DNA from: a virus
DNA: 64,000 nucleotides
IMG/VR virus record: IMGVR_UViG_3300007535_000003
Location: 33,238 to 97,237 of that record
Reading direction: 5' to 3' (one strand)
Shown here: positions 1-8,132 of the stretch, one piece after another
Layout: every line of letters starts with the position of its first letter
Numbering within the stretch: the first letter of the stretch is position 1
The notes under the pieces: model-generated
The model's input: the letters and a program-made list of their open reading frames with translations, nothing else
Database searches by the model: none
What the model was told of the DNA's origin: nothing
Program-made: the position numbers and the translations under genes

Positions 1-78
1 ATCTACATTATCAACATTCACACCTGCAGTACCCCATGTACCATCTGTCCTTAATACGTTTATTTGCCTATTTAACAT
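1..78 (-). CDS. hypothetical protein, N-terminal part (runs off window start)
   Basis: ATG at 78, open frame to position 1 (MLNRQINVLRTDGTWGTAGVNVDNVD), AGGT-like leader. Confidence 0.5.
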   Translation of the reverse strand, partial: MLNRQINVLRTDGTWGTAGVNVDNVD

Positions 79-92
79 AATTACCTTTTTAT

Positions 93-236
93 TTATTCTG
101 TTACAAATTTAGCAAATTTCTTTGCTGTCCTGACTATCTCTGTGTCAGTTACTTCTTTATCGCCTTTAAGAAAGAATAAAGCCTCCCTAAGGCATTCTAG
201 CCTAAACTGTTCAACTGCTTTCTGTTGTTCATCCAT
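93..236 (-). CDS. hypothetical 47-aa protein
   Basis: Manually translated MDEQQKAVEQFRLECLREALFFLKGDKEVTDTEIVRTAKKFAKFVTE*; same strand as neighbours. Confidence 0.55.
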   Translation of the reverse strand: MDEQQKAVEQFRLECLREALFFLKGDKEVTDTEIVRTAKKFAKFVTE

Positions 237-295
237 AATTAATAATTTAGTACTGATACGTATATTTAGTTAAAAGGTTATATAATACTGATAAT

Positions 296-321
296 AAAAA
301 AACCCCAGCCTTACTGGGGTT
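296..321 (-). terminator. intrinsic terminator
   Basis: AACCCCAG/CTGGGGTT hairpin followed on the minus strand by a T-run, downstream of the HSP20 gene. Confidence 0.7.
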
Positions 322-375
322 AGACTGGAGTTAATAACCATAGTCCATACATAAGCAAACTGATTAAGTTAGTAA

Positions 376-675
376 CTACTCAACTTTAACTTGCTTACCT
401 AGGTCTTCCAATTCAATCTTTGATATACTTATACTTAGGATACCATTTTCATATTTAGCTCTTACATTGTCAAGGTCTAGATTCCTAGGTAAAGCATACC
501 ATTCATTAAATAATACCTTACGTGCCATAGCTTCACTTTCATGACTAGCCTTAACATGCAACTAACCTAACTCGGTAATAACTTTAATATCTGATTTGTC
601 AACGCCAGGGAGTACAACATCAACTACAAAATTACCTTTATCATCTTCACGCTTATAAATCTTTTCTATCAACAT
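376..675 (-). CDS. small heat-shock protein (HSP20/alpha-crystallin) with one in-frame TAG at 562-564
   Basis: ATG at 675 with upstream AGGGGAG. Reading through the TAG gives ...VVDVVLPGVDKSDIKV...LPRNLDLDNVRAKYENGILSISI, with both the LPG..K.DI and A.Y.NG.L HSP20 motifs. Confidence 0.75.
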
Positions 676-744
676 ATTTACTATCTCCCCTTTTTAGTTT
701 TACTCTTTGATTTACGCCCAGTTTTATATGATTGCCCATAGGCA

Positions 745-987
745 TTACTCTGGGGGCCTTTTATTATCTAACCTATAAATTAATTCTTCAGGGCTTGATA
801 TACTGCCTTTAAACTTATAAAATACTTCATCATCTTCAGTACCAGTCTCTTCATCAACTATTTCAGCTGCTTTTATGTTACGCCTAAACATAACATCAAC
901 TCCTGACTTATTTTCTGTACCTAAGTTAAACCTAGCTACATCAGTCCTATTATGGAGAATATCCCTAAATTCATCTTTTAAACTCAT
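745..987 (-). CDS. hypothetical protein
   Basis: 80-aa ORF in the minus-strand block. Confidence 0.6.
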   Translation of the reverse strand: MSLKDEFRDILHNRTDVARFNLGTENKSGVDVMFRRNIKAAEIVDEETGTEDDEVFYKFKGSISSPEELIYRLDNKRPPE

Positions 988-1029
988 AAGCTAAATAAGC
1001 TATTTTATTAATTTTTAGATATACCTATC

Positions 1030-1262
1030 CCCTATAATCGTAAAATTTGCCCTAAGTTTTCGCTAAACCAGTTCGTCACCTCTTGTTGGCTACACCCACC
1101 CCTATTTTTTCCATTCTATATAGACCTGTTGGGTCATAGGGTGCTTAGCTTATACTTAGGGTGTTTTTGGCACTATCGGGGACAATATACTTACTAACCC
1201 AACTTCTGACCCCCTAACTACCTCTCGGCCCTCGGGGGCGATCTACCTCTCGGTAGGTGCCT
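1030..1262 (-). ncRNA. candidate structured ncRNA
   Basis: GC-rich gap with no ORF in the track; GAGA-tetraloop hairpin (CTACC-GAGA-GGTAG) and several interleaved complementary blocks. Confidence 0.45.
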
Positions 1263-1272
1263 ATTAGTTAGA

Positions 1273-1524
1273 CTACCTGCCTAACCAATTACGGTACTTA
1301 TACTTATATTGGGTTGAAAAGGTTTCATTTTCACCCTCAAAATTTAACCTGGTTTGCCCAGATTGTTCTTGGTTAAGGTTATGTACACTTTCATCATATT
1401 TATACAAAGACCTCACATGTTCGCCTAATTCCTGATCATTAGGCATATTCCTAACAGCACTACTTACTTGCTTGTTCCTTGCTATCGCTCTCCTTATATA
1501 TTCTCCCGTAGATGTCATTATCAT
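1273..1524 (-). CDS. hypothetical protein
   Basis: 83-aa ORF overlapping the end of the GroES-like gene. Confidence 0.55.
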   Translation of the reverse strand: MIMTSTGEYIRRAIARNKQVSSAVRNMPNDQELGEHVRSLYKYDESVHNLNQEQSGQTRLNFEGENETFSTQYKYKYRNWLGR

Positions 1525-1951
1525 TCTCTTTAGTTATATTCCACATACCTAATATATCATATATATTTAACAAAACTGAGTCCCTATATAAGTCAAATTG
1601 AAATACACTAGGCCTCTCATGATAAACTATTACATCCCCTTCTTCAAGGTCAAATTTATCCTTATTACTATTAGATATGGATAGAACTACACCACGCCTA
1701 ACATTAGCTTTAACTTCTTTCGTAATAGTTTCAGTTTCAGTCTTAGGGCCCTTCTCAATTTCCTTTAGAGACTTCTTCTTACTAACCCTATCATCCTCCT
1801 TAAATACTATCTCTTCTCGTTTCAAATGTATAGGTTCCATCGGCTTTACTAACACCTTGTCGTCTAAAGGGGTAAATGGTATCTCTAGACGTTGTATCGC
1901 TTGTTTGTCTTGTTCTTTCAATTCTGTTGATGTTTTCACTGCTTCCGCCAT
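1460..1951 (-). CDS. GroES/Cpn10-like co-chaperonin with an enlarged mobile loop
   Basis: FTPLDDKVLVKP ... RGVVLSIS ... LEEGDVIVY ... DILG match the GroES pattern. Confidence 0.75.
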   Translation of the reverse strand: MAEAVKTSTELKEQDKQAIQRLEIPFTPLDDKVLVKPMEPIHLKREEIVFKEDDRVSKKKSLKEIEKGPKTETETITKEVKANVRRGVVLSISNSNKDKFDLEEGDVIVYHERPSVFQFDLYRDSVLLNIYDILGMWNITKENDNDIYGRIYKESDSKEQASK

Positions 1952-2552
1952 AATAATTATTTATAAGTTTAGTGATTACTACCACTGTTATTAATATCAT
2001 TGTGAACTTTAATAAAGCTTCAAATATTGTATCTTCTGCCTTATTTTTCATACCCTATTATACTCAAATTATAACAAATAGTTTCAAAAAATTTTTTATA
2101 TTATATATAGTCAAGTGAAGGTATCACTACTCTGTGTATACACCCCTCCCGCATAATATATAGCTGAGTACGGGTTCCACCTTGTATCAACCTCCCCTAT
2201 GCAGTTTTGAGGGGAAAAGGGGGGCACCTTTAACTTTTATTCCCCAAAGCCAAGGTAAGTTAATAAGTCTAAATATTACCTTAGGAGGCTTTGTAAAACG
2301 GCAACAAAGAATAACTCCTTAACCCGCCGTGTTTATTTTATGATTCTCAAATCACTATCAGGCTTTAAAAAAGTCTGGGAGTGGTTCTTTTGCTGAAGTA
2401 TCTCATAGCACTGATAGTGTTACTATGAGAAATGGTACTTATCTTCAGCTTTTCTTACACTCCCTTCATGACAGTAAGTAAAATAAGGTACCCTTGCCAA
2501 TATTCTCATAGGACTGATAGTAAGTTATAAACCTTTAAAATAATCAACAGTT

Positions 2553-3167
2553 ATGGAAAAAAAAGTCTATGAAATTGCTGGTGTCAACCGGCACAGCAAG
2601 ACCACAGTACGTGGTGAAGAGATAGAATATGTCTCACTTGCCCTGCAAGAAAAAGGTCGTAACATATTCAAAAGCTCTAACACTGACCCATTTGTCAACA
2701 TCTTTGGTAGCAATGCCAACGACAAACGCAAGATCGAACTTGTCAAAGCTTGCAAAGATGACAACGATAAGTACGATCCAGCTAAGCTTAAAGCGCTAGG
2801 TGATGTCGAAGGTTATTTTGCTACCCTCAGTGTGTCACCGTACTACGTCAAAGATCGGGAAGGTAACTATATGAAGTACCCCGATGGGCACCCTGACAAA
2901 GGGAAGCCTATGATCTCTACTCGTATCAGCGTGTTTGTTTGGGCTGGTGACGAGTCATCTCTGGAGGAGATCAAGACCATGAACATGGGTAATCGTGAGT
3001 TAGTGCCAACAACTGAACTTGACCCTAACCGATACGCATCTGCTAGTGCCAAACTGGTACTGCGTAAGGCTCAGGCTGAAGAAACAGCAAGAGGTAAGCC
3101 AGTTGATGACGAGTCCATTGGTGAGTCAGAGACTGAAGATCAGCAACAGCAAGGTCAAAAGATCTAA
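2553..3167 (+). CDS. hypothetical early protein with acidic tail (possibly ssDNA-binding)
   Basis: 204-aa ORF with more C-ending codons than neighbours, acidic C-terminus and its own terminator; function not identified. Confidence 0.7.
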   Translation: MEKKVYEIAGVNRHSKTTVRGEEIEYVSLALQEKGRNIFKSSNTDPFVNIFGSNANDKRKIELVKACKDDNDKYDPAKLKALGDVEGYFATLSVSPYYVKDREGNYMKYPDGHPDKGKPMISTRISVFVWAGDESSLEEIKTMNMGNRELVPTTELDPNRYASASAKLVLRKAQAEETARGKPVDDESIGESETEDQQQQGQKI

Positions 3168-3173
3168 AGTACT

Positions 3174-3201
3174 AGGGGTTACAGTGTGTAGCCCCTTTTT
3201 T
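3174..3201 (+). terminator. intrinsic terminator
   Basis: GGGGTTAC/GTAGCCCC stem followed by a T-run. Confidence 0.8.
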
Positions 3202-3260
3202 CACTAAGCTAAATCATGGTATTCCTACAAAATAAGTACCAATAACTAAATTAATTAATC

Positions 3261-3344
3261 ATGGAATTAGAAACAGCTGTTATAATTATGACATTATTTG
3301 CCATGCTTATAATAGTAATTATAAAAGGCAATAAGGATAAATAG
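3261..3344 (+). CDS. 27-aa single-TM microprotein
   Basis: MELETAVIIMTLFAMLIIVIIKGNKDK*, flanked by 20-bp direct repeats. Confidence 0.45.
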   Translation: MELETAVIIMTLFAMLIIVIIKGNKDK

Positions 3345-3645
3345 TAAGTACTGATAACTAAATTGAGTACTATCAGATCTGAAAGTTTAGTCCAAATTTG
3401 GACTGTCTGAAGTATGTTGGCATATCCCCAAATAAAGCCATATAAGCTGTTTATAGTCTAAATAGACCTGTAGTACCTAAACTACCCTATGAAGGCTTTA
3501 AATCGCTTAAAAAGGGCATTTATGGGCAAATGAGGGAGAGTGTTATAGGTCGTCTAAACTCACGCCTCAATCAGCCCTAATTTCACATAATCAATAACCC
3601 AACCTATATAATACTAATAGCTATAAACCACAAAAATATACAACT

Positions 3646-4029
3646 ATGAATAAAATTGAATTAATTGGAAGAGGTACAATAATTAACATTGATGATATTA
3701 ATTATTGTATTGAATCTCACAGCCATAATGACCCTGAATTAACAAGCTCAGTCTATCCCAGTAGGTACCTTTGCGTATTTGTCATTAAAGATGGGATAAA
3801 GTTTAGGATAGGATATATTAACTACAACGAACTAACCTGGTTTGATACACAAGCAAGGGAACAACTTATAGAGCATCCTAGTGATATAAAACAAGTTACT
3901 GTTATTAATGTCTTAAATTCGGTAGAGTTTAGTGTAAAAAGACTCCACACACCTTTACATGAATTTGATAGGCTGGATGAAGAGAACAGGGAAATGGTAT
4001 TTGAAAGATTAGTTGACACTGAACTTTAA
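3646..4029 (+). CDS. hypothetical early protein
   Basis: 127-aa ORF preceded by the AACCACAAA motif. Confidence 0.7.
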   Translation: MNKIELIGRGTIINIDDINYCIESHSHNDPELTSSVYPSRYLCVFVIKDGIKFRIGYINYNELTWFDTQAREQLIEHPSDIKQVTVINVLNSVEFSVKRLHTPLHEFDRLDEENREMVFERLVDTEL

Positions 4030-4040
4030 ACCACAAAACT

Positions 4041-4301
4041 ATGAAAATAATAAAAATAGTATTTAGGGTATTGTTAGTACCTATAATAATAGCAGCTGAA
4101 TTAGCAATCACAGCTGTATGTGGGTGGGGTATAGGGAAACTAATCCTATACTTTACACATGTAGATGAAATAGATTTGTTAGCATGCGACAGTTCAGTCC
4201 TTGAAACTATGTACTTAGGGGTAATCATTATAGTAGCATTTGTAACAGTATGTTTACTATTATATATAATATACTTATTAATTAAAGAATTTATTATATA
4301 A
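4041..4301 (+). CDS. two-TM membrane protein
   Basis: Two hydrophobic stretches; motif-led start. Confidence 0.7.
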   Translation: MKIIKIVFRVLLVPIIIAAELAITAVCGWGIGKLILYFTHVDEIDLLACDSSVLETMYLGVIIIVAFVTVCLLLYIIYLLIKEFII

Positions 4302-4314
4302 TCAAATCAATAGT

Positions 4315-4521
4315 ATGACTAGAGAGCAAATAACATTAGTAATAAAGAAACGTGAGGATTTATTAGAACAAAATCCTAATTTAAGGAAGGGTCAAGCATT
4401 CTACCTAATGTTAAGTACATACTTCTATCACAAAGCAATGGAAATTACAGCTACAAAATTTGACCCATTCTATGAAGATAAGAAGATTCCCAAGTGTATT
4501 AACTATCTTTTAAATCATTAA
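4315..4521 (+). CDS. hypothetical protein
   Basis: 68 aa with an LRKGQAF...FDPFY pattern typical of small phage proteins. Confidence 0.7.
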   Translation: MTREQITLVIKKREDLLEQNPNLRKGQAFYLMLSTYFYHKAMEITATKFDPFYEDKKIPKCINYLLNH

Positions 4522-4549
4522 ATACTATTAACTACAAAACTATAAGATT

Positions 4550-5071
4550 ATGAAGATTTACAGATTTAAAACTAAGGAAGAACTCATGAAAGAGTTTGGT
4601 TCTAATTTTAGAACTAAAGCACGTTTTAACAGTGAAGGTGAGATGGATTACCTATTCGGTACACCAGTGACAAAAGACTTCTATGAAGAAGTTGCAAACC
4701 AAGGTATTGCTATGATAGACAATGTAAATCCACATGCTTATCCCACCTTGTGGTCTGTCAACAATAAAATGTTAACCTGGAACTATAAACCTAAAAGGGG
4801 GGAAATAGTTGTAATTACACATTACCACAGTGGTAATATTGAAGGTACAGTTACTAAAATATTGGAAGCAAAATGGTACAGTGATTTAATATTATGTGAA
4901 GCCTTTACTGGTGATCCAATTAGAAATTTAAGACACCTAAACAAGCCTGCTTGGTTTGAAGCAGAGTATAGACCTGCTACTGAAGAAGAGAAAGAATTCT
5001 ACAGACTTGCTAAGAAAAAGGGGCGAGTTGCCATAGTAGGGCAAAGTAGTGGAAAACCACACATCTGTTAA
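4550..5071 (+). CDS. hypothetical protein
   Basis: 173 aa, YRFKTKEE N-terminus and RPATEEE motif. Confidence 0.75.
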   Translation: MKIYRFKTKEELMKEFGSNFRTKARFNSEGEMDYLFGTPVTKDFYEEVANQGIAMIDNVNPHAYPTLWSVNNKMLTWNYKPKRGEIVVITHYHSGNIEGTVTKILEAKWYSDLILCEAFTGDPIRNLRHLNKPAWFEAEYRPATEEEKEFYRLAKKKGRVAIVGQSSGKPHIC

Positions 5072-5126
5072 ACTAAACCACAAAGCTACAAAGTTATAAA
5101 TAAGTTAAATTAAACCACAAAATAAA

Positions 5127-5369
5127 GTGATTGAAAAAGGATTAGAAAGACTTAATAATCGTAAAGCCAAGCTTCTCAGGGATAGGGAAGCAATCAGTAC
5201 AGGTAGAATAGTATTTAGGAATAATAGGTTGTTAAACAACAAAAACTACAACCCATTGTTTGCAGAAGAATACAGATTCTCCCTCATCAGCTACATTGAC
5301 AAGAAAGTAGTGGAAATTGATGAAGAGATTGCAAAAAGTGAAGCTCCCCAGTTAGGTATGGGGAGCTGA
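5127..5369 (+). CDS. hypothetical protein
   Basis: 80 aa, GTG start right after the motif. Confidence 0.6.
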   Translation: MIEKGLERLNNRKAKLLRDREAISTGRIVFRNNRLLNNKNYNPLFAEEYRFSLISYIDKKVVEIDEEIAKSEAPQLGMGS

Positions 5370-5393
5370 TTATTAACCACAAAATATAGATGT

Positions 5394-5798
5394 ATGACAT
5401 CAAAAGCATTAGTATGGTTAAATTCCAACAAAGTACAGATTGGGGATCGAGTATTATTACTACCTGACGTACTCAAGGACAACCCTACAGAAGAATTAGC
5501 AGGACATGCTGTAGTAATTACTGGGTTAATACCTACAAAGGATTATAAGACAGCCTATGTAGAAGTAGGTAAACGTCTTCCTATTGGTGTAATAGGCTAT
5601 TGCCAACCTAATTATTATAGGCTGCTTAAAGCTACTCATTACAAGGTTAAGCAAACAGGTACAAAATGGCCTAAGTCAACTAATTGGCACAAGATCACAG
5701 ATTTCTTTGTGATGCTAAAAGGTTGGGAATACCAATTTGCTATCAAGGAAGATGGTTATATGATCCCATTGCAAACCAGGAAGTGGTGGAGATTATGA
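5394..5798 (+). CDS. hypothetical protein
   Basis: 134-aa motif-led ORF. Confidence 0.65.
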   Translation: MTSKALVWLNSNKVQIGDRVLLLPDVLKDNPTEELAGHAVVITGLIPTKDYKTAYVEVGKRLPIGVIGYCQPNYYRLLKATHYKVKQTGTKWPKSTNWHKITDFFVMLKGWEYQFAIKEDGYMIPLQTRKWWRL

Positions 5799-6124
5799 TA
5801 AGTAGGTGGCAAATATCCGGCAAGACCTTGGATAATAAGCTACTAGTCTCGTTTTTAAAGAAAGAGAGTTTATTAAATAGGTTTATTGATCTAACATACT
5901 TCTTTGCTTCTAAAACATCTAAGTTAAAAGCATCAAAGAGTGACCCATTTACGAGTACTAACAGCCCATTAAATATAAACGGGGATCTAAATGCTATATC
6001 ACAAGCATTTCCATGGGCAGCATCAATCGAAAGGGAACTATTCTGGTGTTCTATTGACAAAAAGTACAGAAAGTATGTAAAAACTAAAAAAAGGGAGGCT
6101 AAATATGAAAACCAGGTTAGATAG
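5795..6124 (+). CDS. hypothetical protein (likely start at ATG 5795 rather than 5684)
   Basis: ATGA overlap with the upstream stop codon. Confidence 0.55.
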   Translation: MISRWQISGKTLDNKLLVSFLKKESLLNRFIDLTYFFASKTSKLKASKSDPFTSTNSPLNINGDLNAISQAFPWAASIERELFWCSIDKKYRKYVKTKKREAKYENQVR

Positions 6125-6287
6125 AGCTAAAACTAGGCTTTCAGGTCAGCTGAATAGGCCTAAGTCCAAAAATATGCGAACTCGTGGAAAGAAAGTAATT
6201 GATAAGCGAGTACCAAGGGATGAAGAGCGTATAGTTGAACTGCAACAACGGATTAGCAGGCTAAAACGAGAGCAACATACGCAGTAG
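6105..6287 (+). CDS. small basic hypothetical protein
   Basis: 60 aa, Arg/Lys-rich, GGGAGG upstream. Confidence 0.55.
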   Translation: MKTRLDRAKTRLSGQLNRPKSKNMRTRGKKVIDKRVPRDEERIVELQQRISRLKREQHTQ

Positions 6288-6591
6288 AACCACAAACAAC
6301 AGAACTGTAGTAACCCATGTAGGATTAAGCCAGATGGTTGCTGCACAAACAGTAGGTCTTTAAATAAAACTATACAGACAACACCATAAATAGTTGTCAC
6401 CCCAAAGAAAGGGTATGAATGCTGAAGTACAGCTGATACAGCTCTTTCCCTACTGTTTTCCAATAACAGGTATTTTTTTGAGGACTTTTGTCCACCAGAT
6501 TATAACAAATAGTTTAAATACCGTAATTATGAGAGTACTTAAGCCACCTTAATTAACAACAACTAAAATTTATTTATTATTATTTTAGAGA

Positions 6592-6635
6592 TTAAATTAT
6601 TAAAACTAAACAGTTAAATTATTAAAACTAAACAG
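6592..6635. repeat. 22-bp tandem duplication
   Basis: TTAAATTATTAAAACTAAACAG x2. Confidence 0.9.
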
Positions 6636-6720
6636 GTAGATCTATTCTGACAGATACGCGCTCATTGAGGGTGGGATCTACCTGTTTATCTTATACAATA
6701 AACCACAAAAATTAAGTAAG

Positions 6721-7341
6721 ATGAAAAAAAACTTTAACAAAGAAATAGACATACTTAGACAGCTTCTCATATATAAGGAAAACTGTCAGTACGAAATGAG
6801 CTTAAGACAGCCGATAGGTGACGGACCTATGGCGCTTGTAAGTAGAGCCAGGTATGTTACAGGGTATATGTCTACAAGGTGGTTTGATCTATTTGACATA
6901 TACAAAGAGTTACAACTAACAGTTGGTTGGAATTTAAGTGATTTATTAAGTAAAAGCATAATTGACTTAGGATGTGGAACAGGATTACTTGTAGACTTAT
7001 TCAGCATAATATTTAAGAAAACTTATGGAATAGAAGCTGATTGGAATCTTTGTAAGATAGCTACAATAATGAGGCCTCATCTAGAAATATACAATGGATA
7101 TGTACAGGAAAGAGTAGACTTAATACTCAGGTTAGATCCTGACATTATTTATGCTTTTAATATCACAGGTGAACCAAGAGAAACATTTGATGAGTTATTC
7201 AGGAAGATGCGCAAGGGACAAGTATTTGTACATCTAGGGGGCTCAACAGAGATAGAAGAGTTAATAGATGAACACAAGTTTAATACATCTAACAAAGAGG
7301 AAGATAGGCAATCAGCCAGAGTACTGATAGCTATTAAATAA
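6721..7341 (+). CDS. class I SAM-dependent methyltransferase
   Basis: IIDLGCGTG motif I followed by YGIE. Confidence 0.8.
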   Translation: MKKNFNKEIDILRQLLIYKENCQYEMSLRQPIGDGPMALVSRARYVTGYMSTRWFDLFDIYKELQLTVGWNLSDLLSKSIIDLGCGTGLLVDLFSIIFKKTYGIEADWNLCKIATIMRPHLEIYNGYVQERVDLILRLDPDIIYAFNITGEPRETFDELFRKMRKGQVFVHLGGSTEIEELIDEHKFNTSNKEEDRQSARVLIAIK

Positions 7342-7359
7342 AACCACAAAATTAAAAAT

Positions 7360-7488
7360 ATGGATTGGGAACAATCAAGAGACGAAGATAGAGAATTTGA
7401 TCCTAATGATGGACAAGATATCTACGGATGCATACTAGGAGCAATTATGTGGATAGCACTAATAGCACTAGCGATTTTCTGTAGATAA
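7360..7488 (+). CDS. 42-aa acidic, C-terminal-TM microprotein
   Basis: MDWEQSRDEDREFDPNDGQDIYGCILGAIMWIALIALAIFCR*, motif-led. Confidence 0.55.
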   Translation: MDWEQSRDEDREFDPNDGQDIYGCILGAIMWIALIALAIFCR

Positions 7489-7608
7489 ACCACAAAAATG
7501 AAATTGTTAAAAATATAGAGAGATCTTGGAGCCCAATCAGGGCTATCGGCGACGACACGGTGGTAACCAGCCCATACAGCAGTCGTACTTCAGGTCTCCC
7601 TAACTTAT

Positions 7609-7728
7609 GGTCCGTTCGTCTAGTGGTAGGACGCCGAGCTGTTAATACTTTATACATGCACTAGCTATGTTAGAGTATCAACCATGGTTTGCCCCACGGA
7701 AACGGAGGTTCGACTCCTCCACGGACTG
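7609..7728 (+). ncRNA. tRNA-like RNA with an expanded anticodon arm
   Basis: Acceptor GGTCCGT/ACGGACT, D-arm GTCT-AGTGGT-AGGAC, T-arm GGAGG-TTCGACT-CCTCC; about 50 extra nt in the anticodon arm. Confidence 0.75.
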
Positions 7729-7733
7729 CTGTT

Positions 7734-7926
7734 AGCCATATAGCTCAAAAGTGTTACACTCAAGTTCCTAGGAATCGGCTGTAACCCCCAAGGATATGCA
7801 GAGGAGAATGGAACTTATTTGGACTTAAAATCCAATCCATTCTAGGCCACCTCACGCAGAGTCCGAGTAGCGGAAGAGCCCCTAATAAATTATAGGGAGA
7901 TCTGGGTTCGAGTCCCAGTATGGCTA
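7734..7926 (+). ncRNA. tRNA-like RNA with a ~120-nt insert in the D-loop
   Basis: Acceptor AGCCATA/TATGGCT, D-stem GCTC/GAGC, CCCTA/TAGGG arm, T-arm CTGGG-TTCGAGT-CCCAG. Confidence 0.75.
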
Positions 7927-7961
7927 CTATTTTTATTTACAAACCACAAAAATTAAATATT

Positions 7962-8129
7962 ATGTCAGCATTAATTGCATTCCTTGTAACAATGGCATTC
8001 CTAAGTTTAATGGGCTATGCCTTATTACCTTACGGGACTAAGGAGGAAGCCTCAACGAGAAAAGTAGTAGGTATTGTAGCAATTTTAGCTACAGTAGTAA
8101 TACTAATATTAACTTTAATAATATCCTAA
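7962..8129 (+). CDS. two-TM small membrane protein
   Basis: MSALIAFLV... start follows the AACCACAAA motif; two hydrophobic helices. Confidence 0.65.
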   Translation: MSALIAFLVTMAFLSLMGYALLPYGTKEEASTRKVVGIVAILATVVILILTLIIS

Positions 8130-8132
8130 AGT

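Larger units (their letters stand above)
3625..7952 (+). promoter_or_regulatory. dispersed AACCACAAA leader motif, about 10 copies
   Basis: Copies at 3625, 4028, 5075, 5112, 5375, 6288, 6700, 7341, 7487, 7941 (variant AACTACAAA at 4530); most lie 0-11 nt before a start codon. Confidence 0.8.

Noticed and set aside
3625-7952. CRISPR-like array formed by the AACCACAAA repeats
   Set aside because: The repeat is only 9-11 nt, spacing is irregular and gene-sized, and no cas genes are present.
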